Source: Octopus vulgaris
Taxonomy: Eukaryota
Direction of reading: 5' to 3'
NCBI GenBank assembly: GCA_951406725.2
Contig: OX597833.1
Span: 28,830,001-28,894,000, forward strand
DNA: 64,000 nucleotides
Shown: positions 23,915 through 35,979 of the stretch, piece after piece
How the letters are laid out: each line of letters begins with the position of its first letter
Numbering within the stretch: position 1 is the first letter of the stretch
Made by a program: the position numbers and the translations under genes
The notes under the pieces: generated by a model
Seen by the model: only the letters and a program-made list of their open reading frames with translations
Told to the model about the DNA's origin: nothing
Database searches by the model: none

Positions 23915-25948
23915 TATTTCATTAAGATTTGCCATAAAGGCATTACAAAGAGTAGCTTGTGGGCTGGACATATACATTGATGAGGTGAATGATGAGACAA
24001 GGATGATATTGATAAGAGAAGGCAGAAAACGCCCGCCGGTTTTCTGCTTCTCTAAAACATTATTTTTTTTCCCATCAAAAACGACAATTTTTGGACTTCA
24101 TAGTCCATTACAAATATATATAATAAATTATTCAATATACACACAATCTATAAGATCAATCAAGCAAATGACACGCCGCCTGCAGGAAAGCCTGCATCGG
24201 CAGGTCGGAGCCCAGAAAGAGGAAAGCAAAATCTTTCTTATTTCAGGTCACCATGACCTCGAACAGTTCCTTCTAACTCACGACGTCCGCAGCCACCTGC
24301 GGAGGCCAGTCTGGACAGTCTATACAAACCGAGTCCAATCGTTCTCGGCCTGGAAGACCGTCCAAGCACTTCTCGACAGGCCCTTCCCTGAGATAGAAAA
24401 CGACGGGTTTCACGTTCTCCTCACGGGGAGGGGCTTCAGCCCGCTCTGTCAGTGGCACAATTCCCACTGATAGAGCCTCTCGTTCCGGTGGCTCACGTTC
24501 CACCGAAGGGGTTTCGGAACATGCTGCCGCTGCACCAGTAACCGCCGGCGATGCCCCGTTTTTTCTTTCTTTTCTTTTTCCCCCCTTTTTCGCATCGGGA
24601 GAGCGAGGTTCCTCCGGTTTGTCCGTATGTCCCTCCTTCCCTCCCGCCGCCACGGGATCCATCGGTGGGCAACCATTGTTGTCTACCTTCTTTCTTTTTT
24701 TCCCTTTCGAGTGGGTTGCCTCCTCCTCGACTTTTTCTACACCTCCCTCCTTTATATGCTCAGAAGGCTCCGTTGGAGGAAAAACATCCTCCTCTATTAA
24801 TTTTTCCAGTGCCCTTGCATGGTTGTTGGGGCACTTCCTCTTAATGTGACCTGATTCCAGGCACAGATGGCAATTGAGGGGGCGTCCCTCAAGAGTCACC
24901 GGATCCCTAGAACCGGCCATCTTTAGAAAATCTGGGAAGACCAGGTCCATAGGGTCAAAATTGCTTTCGACCCCACCCAATCAGCCACAGGAAACATTCT
25001 AACATTCAAGAGCGTGGCTCTGCTACCACCCAGATCCCGGCGGATTGTATCCTCTATCCACTCAGGCTCTATTCCGGGTGGCAGGCCACTCACCCAGCCT
25101 CTTGTCAATTTCCTTCCCCGATATGTGGGGAGAAACAAAAATTTTTCCCCTTCCAGGGGCTGACTAGCAAACAAGCTAGCCTCTTTAGGGGTGTCAAACA
25201 GTAACCACACTGTTGCAAATTTGGCACCCCTTGCGATATACTTGATAGTTGGTAGGTATTCTGCCAACTCTTTTTCAATTTCGTCCTGTGAGAACACAGT
25301 GATGGTGCGAGTGACTTGGAGTATGTCCTCAACACCACCATTCTCTCATTTCGGTCCTCTATCCACTGCTTGGGGGGCACAATTTCCCACTCCAGCACAG
25401 TGGTTTTCTTTGTTGCCATGATTTAAAACCACGAAGAAACAAAAAAGAGTTCAACAAAAGTTCAAATGTTCTAAATAAAAGTTCAGTAATAAACACAAAA
25501 AAAAAGAACGGAAAGACAGAGCAGAGAAAAGAACGAAGGAAGACAGTTCAATCAACGGCAACACAATTCCACAAGTCCGATACAGGTACTCCAGCTGCAA
25601 AAATAGTCCTTCCTGCCTTGGTACTCCTTGGTAATCCAGTGGAAATTCACAGACACGAAGACAATTTTCGCAAACAAATTAATTTTTTCGGAGGGGGGAC
25701 ACCTCCTCAAAAACACAATTCTCACTGCAAAGTGAGTCTTTACGCACGACCACAGGCAGGTAATTGTCTGGAGCAGAGTGGAGACTGTTACTCACCAAAA
25801 AATATTAAATACAAAACAACAAACTCCACTAAGCCCTCAAAAAAATTCAACAAACACCTACCTGTAGTCGAGCCTCAAAGTTCAATATTTCACGACGAAA
25901 GACGTGACACCAAGCAGCCGAAAAAAAGACGTCTGTCTTCGACAAAGG
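23915..25948 (-). mobile_element. ORF1-only (non-autonomous) Tx1-related retroelement, about 2.0 kb
   Basis: Frameshifted ORF1 from ATG 25419 to about 24273: LPTYRGRK, CCHC knuckle CHLCLESGHIKRKC, Lys-rich linker; no RT. 5' end cctttgtcgaagacagacgtctttttt is identical to the neighbouring LINE; 15-bp duplication on both sides. Confidence 0.8.
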
Positions 25949-26173
25949 TTAAGCAAGCTACTTTATTTCATGAAAATTCGCCATTAAGGCGTTACATGGA
26001 GGGGACATACAAATACAGACAAACATATAGGGTGTAGTAGCTTAAAACGTTTTAGTATTTACAATATAATGTGTACAATATTTACAATATAAAGTTTACA
26101 AATTTAATATCACATAGTAGGGCAAGGAACCCAGCCATCTGGGTAGAACCTTTACTTCTTGATCCGGTCACAC

Positions 26174-29100
26174 TTACCTTGTGCCAAATATACCCAGCTT
26201 GCAAGCTACAGGCTTCCATCTTTTTACAAGCATATCTCGTGACAGACACCTCTTCTCCAGCCTGATCTCTCTACCGAGGTGGTAACTAAAGAAGTTAACC
26301 AACTCCTGGCCGGATACAAAGGTGCCTGTCACTATACCTTTCGTACGCGTCTTCCATACTGTTTCTTTCAGTATGGCTACCACGCAGGAAAAACAAGCCT
26401 TCCATTCCCTGCTGAGGAAAGGAGGTGGCACAATCTCAATGATAGACTCCGCTGATAGCTGTACTCTTCCACTCACTAACAACAGTTGTTCGGCAAAAGC
26501 AATCAGTTCCGATAACTCCGGGCACTCCACGAATGCGTGCAAGACGGTTTCCCTATCCCGCTCACATCGCGGACATGTCGGCGAGACGGCACTTCCGTGC
26601 CTTGACAGTTTGTCGCGAACAGGTAACGCCGCACGGAAACACTGTCAGGCCAGGGATTTCTGGTAATTATCCAGATACCCCGGCCCGAACGTTCTCCGGA
26701 ACAGGTTGACCAACTGATTTTCATCGTAGCCCAGGGTCTCCCCCAAGGCGTCTTCGGACTTAACCTCCACTAACCCGCTATAGAAATCCGCGGTAGAACT
26801 CCTGTTGCCGGCATTGCCCGCCTGAGAGAGTAGCTGAAGTGCCTGGCGGCACTCCGATTGCCAGCCCCCCAGCCTAGGTCTCTGCTTGATCCAATTACCA
26901 ATGTCCGTTAAGGACGTTAATTGCGGGATGTAGAACCGAACGTGCGGTGATCACACCTGCTCTCCATCCAAGTAAAGCCAGAGGTGCCTCAACCTTAACG
27001 CGAATTTTAGCATCATCAGCCAAGGCATCCCTAGCCCACCATTTAGCGGTTTCTGGCAGCAGACAGAGCGCTTTACAAGTGGCTTTCCTCCTTTCCACAA
27101 AAAGCGGAAAAGGATTCTCCCAACTCGTTCAGCCACAAATCTGGGCAAAGCACCACGGTCAGACGGTAGGTGACTACTGATGCTAGCAGGGATAACGCCC
27201 GTCCAGACCAGGTCTGGGTTAGAGCGTTCACTCTGCCGGCCACCTCACTCTAATTTTTCTCTATCTGGAGGTCTGGCTTGAACAAGACTCCGAGCAGCTT
27301 AACAGGATCTTCCGTCCAACGCCCCACGACGTTATTGGACGGCATCGGCTTGCCCCTCCAGTTGCCGAGTTGCAAACCGACCGACTTGTCCTTGTTAACC
27401 TTTGCTCCAACCACCGCCTCGTAGCTTTTGATGGCCTCTTCCACCACTGGAAGCTGGCCTTCATCTGCCACGATGATGTAGATGTCATCCGCGTACGCCG
27501 TAGCTCCTCTTCCATACTATAGATCATGCGGTGCGCCCCTAGTGCCTCCAACTTCCGCAGCAAAGGCTCAAGAGCCAACACATATAGAAGCGGGGACAGG
27601 GGACACCCCTGACGAACTGAACGCTCGATCCTGAACGGCTTCGAAAGGAAACTGTTCACTTTGACGACAGACTCGATGTCGCTATACAAAGCAGCGATCC
27701 AACCTCAAAAGGTCGGGCCCAGTCCAGCCTCTCCGAGGACCGCCGCCAAGAACCGATGGTCGACCCTATCAAATGCCTTAGACTGGTCTAAATGTACCAG
27801 TCCCCCCCCCCCTGCGCCAGAAAGCTTCCCCACCCTCTAAGGAGTAGCGTATAAGGTGGAGATTGTCGTGTATCGTCCTGCCCGGGATAGCGCACGTTTG
27901 CGCTTCCCCGACAAGTTTGTCCACGACCCGCGCCAACCTTTTCGCCAGCACCTTGGCTAAAATCTTTAACTCTGTTCAGCAGAGTTATGGGCCTGAAGTT
28001 CCCTATCTCGTCCCCCTTGCTCGGGTCCTTCCTGATCAACGTCACCCCGTGTCCGGCTTGCAGACTTGGGAATTCTCCCATTCTGCTGCCAATTGGCGAA
28101 GACGCTAACCAGCAGGTGCCTGAACAAGTCTGGCATACTTTTATAAAACTCATAGGGCAGACCATCGAGACCCGGCGACTTCTTCCCAGGTCACTCGCCC
28201 AACACCTCGATTACTTCCTCGGCTGTGATTGGCCCCTCACAGCACTCAGCCTCTCGTGCCGAGAGACGCGGGCCACCAGACAGGAAGTCCCTAAGGGCCT
28301 CACCATGATTCAGGGTCCCGCACCTCCCGAACAACTCCTCGAAGTGCTTGTAAAGTGCCTCACACATCTCGTCCCGCTCCTTGACCGTGCATCCGTTTCC
28401 GTCCGCAAGAGACCTAATTGTGGCATCGTTTCCACGCTGGGTTTCTATCGTACAACATTAATTCCCTCACGGCCCAATGCTCGCACTTTAGCCCGAACTC
28501 TACACCCTTCATGTTTGGTTTTGAGGTAACGTTCTAATGCCGTTCTCATCGCCAAAACGTGAGATGCAGAGCCCAACCTCAACGCCTCCTCTAAGTTCTT
28601 AACTAATTGCCCTTCTATTCTAGCCCTGTCTAATCTTAGTTGCTTACTAAACCAAATGAACTCGAATCGAATGGCTCTTTTGAGGGCGAACCACCACCGG
28701 TTATTAACCACGTTTCCGGTTAACGCCCTCTGTACTAACTCCTTAATCCGACTGCGGTATCCCTCACAAGTCAAAATAGACTTGTTCAGCTTCCAGTAGC
28801 CTGGTCCTATCTTAAGTGTGCTACCTATGTCCAGTCTACATTTGACCATTCTATGGTCAGTATAGGGCACCTTCACAGGCTGTGGACAACTAAAACTAGA
28901 CTTATCTCTAGTTCTTATCACTATCCTGTCTAGATAAGACTTGAACCTTCCGTCGCCACTCATTCAGGTCCACTCTGGGACGTTCGGATGGTCAAGTCTG
29001 TAGCGATCTGCCAGCTGAAACCGCTTAAGCAGGTCCACGAGACGTGAGTTCACTTTTCTATGGATGGAGCCAACACTATCGATGTGTACGTCAACAATAG

Positions 29101-29529
29101 CATTAAAGTACCCTAATACTACTAAAGTCTTCGACGTCACGAGAAAGTTCTCTAGGCGCCGATAAAAATCAGTTTGGAAACCTCTAGCACAAGGTGCATA
29201 GAGTCCGATCAACCTGAAGGCCTTACTGCTGTATGTCACATCAAGGACGACCAGCCCAACTTCAGGGTCCACATAGACTGTACTTGTCTGCAGAGCCAAG
29301 CCTTTACGGATCAGTACCACTACCCCGCTCGCCCTCCGCTCTGGCCAGGAGACATGATTTTCTCGTAGCCATTCAGGAGAGACGAGAAGGTTTGTAGACC
29401 GTCCAGCTTGGTCTCTGTAGCAACCATCACATGCATATCATGTGATCTAAAATCGTCGAGGAAACACGCCTGCTTCCACTTCGAACTCAGACCACGCACA
29501 TTCAAACAACCAAAGTTAAGTGAGTCCGT
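26174..29529 (-). pseudogene. Tx1 ORF2: APE endonuclease, reverse transcriptase and C-terminal CCHC-like domain
   Basis: LNVRGL, ATETKL, GLYAP, SYLDRI, YTDHRMV, GPGYWKLN, NFRPITLLN, DQSKAFDRVDH, SVRQGCPLSPLLY, AYADDI, C-P-R-C...HAFVEC; multiple frameshifts; the probable start codon reads ACG. Confidence 0.9.
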
Positions 29530-29552
29530 TTACAGAAAGTAAAAAGTTCTAC

Positions 29553-30957
29553 TTACTTTCTCCTCGGAGAAGCTGGGGCCGACTTCACCACACGTGGATC
29601 AACCTCTTCCTTCGCATAATTTGGAAGTTCGTTAATTTTCCAAATGGCGTGCGGGTTCCTTCCCTTTAAGTCGCGGTACAGGGTTTCCCCTATTGCTGCA
29701 CATCTCCGCGCCAGTCCTTCATGTTGGATATAAAGTTTTGACCTCAGATGTGTCACAATGGCTTCGTTTGTATATTGTTCAGTAGTGTCGTATTCGACAA
29801 GCATCCAATTTTCCTCTTTTTCTTCCGGGGTGGTTGGGCGGGATTTCTTTTTTAGTGCCTTTTGTGTATTGTTTTGGTTTTATTTTTTTTATAGGAGATA
29901 TGGTTGGGGAAGGTTTTCTTTTTCGAGGTGTTTTAAATCCACCCTCTGATACCTCCATGGTATCGTCTGAGGGGGTTAACGTCTGTAGGGGTAACACTTT
30001 TTGGAGCAGTCAGTGCCACAGCTTCCAAGGGTATGGGTGTTTTTATATTTGTAGGGGTTTGTGCGTGTAGGGGCTGGGTTTTTTTGTCAATTGTTTTGGG
30101 GCTGGCACCACAACAGGGTGAGTGGGGATTTTTTTGTTTGTGGGGTTGGTGTGTTTGCGGGGGTGGGTTTTTTGGTTATTTGAGGGGCCTGGTGTTTGCG
30201 ACAACTTTTTTTTCTTCACAGTCCACTCGAATATGGCCCTTTTTTCCGCATTGGTAACAGGTGGGCTTACGGCATTCCACCTGTACCCTAAGGGCTACAT
30301 TCTCCTCAACGAGCACTCTCTCTGGTAGGACCTGAATGTCCTCGTGTTTCCCTTGAATGTTCGACCCTAACCAATTCTGGGGCGTGGAACTTGTCGTTTG
30401 TAGTATTTTTATTTGGTCCGTCCTATTAAACAGCAGGGCGGCCACCACTTCTTTAGGGTCCACTTCAGGTGGCACTTCATTGATTCTTACACGGGACGTT
30501 CTTCGTCCCATATAAGTTGGCAGAAGTACTACTTCTTTGGACTTCAGGGGACACACGGAATGCCCGCGGGCCACCTCTTCCTTTGAGAATTGGACCTCAA
30601 CAGAACCATATGCCCGTCCCTTCGAGATATACACTATATCCCTCCATATCGGGGAAGGCACTTTTTGATTGTTTCTTTTTCGAAGTATTTAAACCTTTTG
30701 TCTTGAGGGCAGAAGGTTTTATACACTACGGTCTGTTTCTCTGTTTCTAACACAGTGGAGGACGGTGATATCACAACATCACCTCCCTCTTCCTTCATCC
30801 TTTTAAAATATCCCTGCAACATGTCTACCGAGATATCAATATTTTCGGTTGCCACTACGGCAACTGCCGAAAACTTTTTCACAGTGTTGACACAATTGCC
30901 AACATCAACATTGCTCTCTACAAGAGCAGATTTTTCATGAATGATTTCAACCGACAT
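29553..30957 (-). pseudogene. Tx1 ORF1 (gag-like, CCHC zinc knuckle), frameshifted
   Basis: ORF pieces 30634-30957, 30176-30661 (LLPTYMGRR; CYQCGKKGHIRVDC), 29779-29997 and 29553-29804. Confidence 0.85.
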
Positions 30958-31584
30958 GGTTGAAATAAGTATAATTCAAGAGAAAAGGTTTTCCTCTCGC
31001 AGAGGACAAAAATAATCAATTTGCATTACCGCAGTCTAAAGTTCAAATCCCACCCCCGATGAGGGGGGAGACGTATCAACAAAGTCTACAACGTTCGAAA
31101 TTAATTTTTCCATACAATAATGAAATATAGAATCCCCAAAAAGGGAAACCTATATCTTTTCCTCACAACGAGGACAACAGTTCAGATCTCACCCGCGCTA
31201 CGGGCGGATGCGACACTAGAGCCTACAATGGCTAAAATTTAATTTTTTCCACAATAATAATTTGCTCATCTCAAAAACGGGAAGCCTATAATATTTTTCC
31301 CTTTAATGAGGATAACAGTTCAAATGCCACCCCCGCTGGGGGCGGGGCACGACAATAAAGCCTACAACGGCTTTAACAAGTTCAATATTAATAATATTAA
31401 TAAATTCAATATTAATAATTTCAATATTTCAACAATTACTTTCTCCCGTCACCGGGAAAAAGCACAAAAATTTTCAAAGTTCACGAAAATATTCAACAAT
31501 AATTATTCAACAATAGAAAAATTATCCACGTGCAACAACACGTTTGACTCACCGCCAAAAAAAGACGTCTGTCTTCGACAAAGG

Positions 31585-31623
31585 TTAAGCAAGCTACTTA
31601 CCACACAGCCACTGCTGCGCCTA
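31585..31623 (-). mobile_element. Displaced 5' head (A box) of SINE family A
   Basis: ttaagcaagctacttaccacacagccactgctgcgcct. Confidence 0.85.
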
Positions 31624-31730
31624 TTGAAAAATTTACTGTATTTTGTACATACGAGTATATAGGCATGCGGACGCAATAAAATGGGCTCGCAGGTGCAACT
31701 GGCCCGCGGGCGGGGGTTTCCCTACCCCTG
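31624..31730 (-). mobile_element. hAT-type terminus, probably the 5' end of the Charlie-like element at 21.4-23.5 kb
   Basis: Minus strand begins CAGGGGTAGGGAAAC...GCCCGCGGGCCAG, typical of Charlie/SPIN ends; the link to the transposase is inferred. Confidence 0.55.
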
Positions 31731-31734
31731 GTCT

Positions 31735-32356
31735 ACGGCAAACAATTTGCATGTTGATTTCACTTCATAGAAATTGGTTCTTTACATTCTTATTCTTTTC
31801 TCTATCTTTTTATGATACGTATTTTATAGCCTTCCCCCACCCCTAACTCTTAAACTAAAATAGATTGAAATGCAATAGATCGATACTATGGTTATAATTA
31901 TGGGTGACAATTTCATACGACACCGCTATAAAAAACTTAGCGGTGTCTTATGAAATTGTCACATATAATTATAACCCTAGTATCGATCTATTGCATTTCA
32001 ATCTATTTTAGATTTAGGGTTAGGGTTAGGGTTAGGGTTAGTTAGGGTTAGGGTTAGGGTTAGGGGTTGGAGAAGGGTATCTTTTTTTCTTCACAAATGT
32101 AAATAAACCCAATCTGTTTCTTAAAGGAGGGACATATTCATTATGCACAGAATGTTATTTACCTAAATGGAGGTCAGCGATTGATTAAAATTGCCGAAAT
32201 GCAAGAAATTAAAGACGAAATATGTTACAACCTATAGAATTTTCTCAATAAAGCCAAGAGAAAATGATATAAACACATTCTACCAGTATACGAAGTTTAA
32301 AATTTTTTTAGTTACCTAGAAATTGTTACAAACTGCCGTTCGAAAGGAAAAGATCC
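31735..32356. repeat. Fold-back repeat carrying (TTAGGG)n; likely two MITE copies fused in opposite orientation
   Basis: Inverted arms at about 31853-31928 and 31938-32010; about 8 TTAGGG units at 32014-32064; ends aaggaaaagatcc beside (TTA)n. Confidence 0.7.
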
Positions 32357-32422
<66 letters not shown>

Positions 32423-33146
32423 CTCAAAGCGACGAAAATATTTTGGCAAATTAAATTTAAATGTTGAAGTGAATCTAATAGTTTTTGTGCGTTTCTTAAA
32501 TGGCTTATAAACACCTTCAACGCTGCAATTATTTTCGTTCCAGCATACGATCTCAGATCAAGTCACTCGCTATGCAAGTACATCTCCGTAATATATGTGT
32601 GTGTTTGTTTTGTCGAGTTATAATAAAAACCCTATTTAACATACATATAATATGTATACCCGTCAGTGTGTGTGTGTGAGAGTGTGTGCCTGTGTTGTTT
32701 GCGTGTTGTGTTGTGTGTGAGTGTGCGCGCGCATATGTGACGTCTATATTTAGCAAGTGATCGGGTGGTTTGATAGGCTTTGGGAAATACCAGAAGTAAA
32801 ATCAATGTGAGTGCGCGCTCGCGTCAGCGCGCGTGTGTGTCTATTTGAGTTGATTGTTTGTCTGTGTGTACGGCCATAGATTGTTTATGAGTGCATGTTT
32901 GTGTACATTCGGTGAGTGGGTATGCGAGTGTATGTTTGTCTGTTTATGTGTGTGTGTGTGTGTGCGTGTGTGCGTGTGTGTGAAATTGGCCTCTCTACTG
33001 CAAAGATTTTCAGTGTAGAGATTTAGAAAGTCGGAAAGCCTGAGTTGGTGGGGGAGGTGGAGGAAATTCTTACTACTTGTAACGAACGACAGCGACTACA
33101 ACGACAAATACGATGCACAAAAAATAATGAGCATAAAATACCACCG

Positions 33147-33214
<68 letters not shown>

Positions 33215-33759
33215 TCTCTCTCTTCATCACAATATGCGGCTGAGTATTGTGATGAACTACATCTACCAACATTATGATGGATCTCCGAGGCCTCAGAAAC
33301 AGTTGTTGGACTTATAACACCTTCCTCCCCTTAAATTTTTTCTGTCGTTTGTACTCGGTGTAAGTTGGACCTATTAATATAAATATCTATATATTTATAC
33401 TAAAATATTATTCGTCGTCTGGAAGTCTCCACTTTTTGTTTTCTCTCGTTTTGCATGTGTACGTATATACTTATTTTATATTTCACCCAAACTAATATAC
33501 CTAATTTCCTTATCCGCATAATTGCCCCCATATCTGCTCAACTTGATCCCTCTTATAGCCTTTCTTTACCCTGTGGAATTGGTCCCCGTTAAAGACATCG
33601 GAGTCTAAATTTGAATCATTTGAGTACTACTATGTATCTTCTGTACTGAGAATCTTTGGATCTGATCTGTTGACTGTGTGTGTGTGTATGTGTATGTGTG
33701 TGTGTGTGCATGTGTGTGTGCGTGCGTGCGTGCGTGTATGTGTGTGTGTGCGTGCGGGC

Positions 33760-33802
<43 letters not shown>

Positions 33803-33805
<3 letters not shown>

Positions 33806-35092
33806 GAGGGACGTTCAATAAGTAATGCCTCTGACCCATTTGCAGTTGTTTGATCTAGCTGAAATTTTGCATGTGCAATCATTTATATCTCTGTAGAGTA
33901 AGTGACAAATTACAGTTCTGAACTAATTGTGGTTTCTGATTTACAGGTGTTTGAACTGAGTCAAGTGTGAAATGGAGCCTGTTGAGTGTCGAACAGTGAT
34001 CCGGTTTTTGTATTTGAAAGGACGCACACCACGGGAGACTTTTGATGAAATGAAAGTAACTTATGGTGATGATGCCCCATCATATGACCTTGTAAAACGC
34101 TGGGATCGTGAATTCAAACATGGTCGGAACTCTGTGGAAACAGCTCCCATATCTGGTCGCCCTCTTCTGCCATTGATGAGGCATCTGTCCGTCAAGTTGA
34201 GGCTGCCATTTTCGAAGATCGACGCATAATTATTCGCCAAATAGCCCATGAGGTCAAGATTAGTACCGGGTCTGTGGAAACTATCATTCATGACCATTTG
34301 CATATGCAAAAAGTGTCTGCCAGATGGATTCCCAGGTTGCTCACGCCTTTCCAGAAGCAAGAACGCGTCGAGTGCTCGAGGATGAATTTGGAGATGTGCC
34401 AAGAAGATGAGTCAAATTTTTTCAAAAGACTGATTATACAGGATGAAACCTGGGTCCATCACGATGATCCAGAGACCAAAGCCCAGTCAATGCAGTGGAA
34501 GCACCGTGACTCACCTCCTCCAAAGAAGGCAAGGGTGCAGCCCTCCGCTGGCAAGATCATGCTCACAGTCTTTTGGGACCAGGACGGAGTAGTGATGACA
34601 GATTTCCTGGCAAAGGGTACCACAATTACAGGAGCCTATTATGCTTCACTTTTGAGGAAATTAAGAGAAGTTATCAAAATCAAGAGGCGGGGCAAGATCA
34701 GCAAAGGCATCCTCCTCCTGCAGGACAATGCTCCGGTCCACAACTCGCTTGTCGCCAGATCAGAAGCACAGGCGTATGGCTATGAACTCCTCCCCCGTCC
34801 CCCCTACTTTCCTGACATTGCACCCTCTGATTTTCACCTCTTCCCAGTCATAAAGTTGTTTTTGAGAGGAAAGCGTTTCCTCTCAGCCTTGATTTCTAAA
34901 GTCACGTTCAGGTTGGAGGACCAAGCTGGGGTCTTCTACAAAAACGGTCTCCAGAGCTGCATCAAACGATGGTAGAAATGCGTAACTCTGGGTGGTTCCT
35001 ATGTAGAAAAAGACTAATAGCTGTGCCAAGTTTCGTTGCTCTACTGCTATAGGAAGTGGGTCAGGGGCATTACTTATTGAACGCCCCTCGTA
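33803..35092 (+). mobile_element. Mariner transposon, full length, irritans/Hsmar2-like termini
   Basis: About 34-bp TIRs tacgagggacgttcaataagtaatgcctctgaccca / tgggtcaggggcattacttattgaacgcccctcgta with TA flanks. Confidence 0.95.
33972..35018 (+). pseudogene. Mariner DD34D transposase, frameshifted near 34160 with a late premature stop
   Basis: WIPRLL, IQDETW, LQDNAPVH and YFPDIAPSDFHLF motifs. Confidence 0.92.
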
Positions 35093-35779
35093 TATACATA
35101 TATATATATATACGTATATATATATTCATACATATATATATATATATGTATTTATATATATGTATATATGTGTGTGTATATATATATTTATGTGTGTGTA
35201 GATTTGTGTCTGTGTGTCCCCCCCACCACCATCATTTTACAACCGATGTTGGTGAGTTCACGTCCCCGTTACTTAGTGGTTCAGCAAACAAGACCGCTAG
35301 AATGAGTACTAGGCTTACAATAAATAAGTTCTGGGGTCAATTTCTTCGACTAAAAAGCCCTTTATGGTGATGTTCCAACATGGCCGTAATCAAATGACTG
35401 CAACAAGTAAAAGAATAAAAGAATATATATATATATATATATGTTTCAAGAATTAAACAAGCACGACAAAGAACAAACGGAAAACTAACACACGAAAACA
35501 TGGACATGCTCCTTCCTAGTCAGTTATCGTCCAAGCCTGTCTTTTTTCTTAATAGCATGTCAGTTTTCGAGAATTAAATCTTTATATCATCTCCCCTTCT
35601 TAAGTGGGGATGATCATAATGGTATTTAGTAATTATGATATATCCTCTAGAGGCGAAGATAATTTTGATAAATCATAAATTTTTGTTGCATGGTATTTAA
35701 CATACCAGTATTTGTCTGTTAAACAAATGCATGACTCTGGACACCTCGAGTTGTTTCTCTTCGCTAATTTTTAAAAAAA

Positions 35780-35857
<78 letters not shown>

Positions 35858-35979
35858 TGTGAGTGTGTGTGTGTGTGTGTGTGTAGAAAAAGGGAAATAA
35901 AGCAAGCTTCTAGCAATTTTGAAAGTTTTACAGATACTTTGGTCTTCTGGATACTTCAGGCGCAAAGGCCAATCTTCAA

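Larger units (their letters stand above)
25964..31584 (-). mobile_element. Full-length Tx1-clade (L1 group) LINE, about 5.6 kb, decayed
   Basis: 5' UTR, ORF1 and ORF2 (APE, RT, Cys-rich end); flanked by ttaagcaagctactt at 25949-25963 and 31585-31599. Confidence 0.9.

Noticed and set aside
32014-32064. True telomere or chromosome fusion site
   Set aside because: Only about 8 units, embedded in a dispersed-repeat-like context
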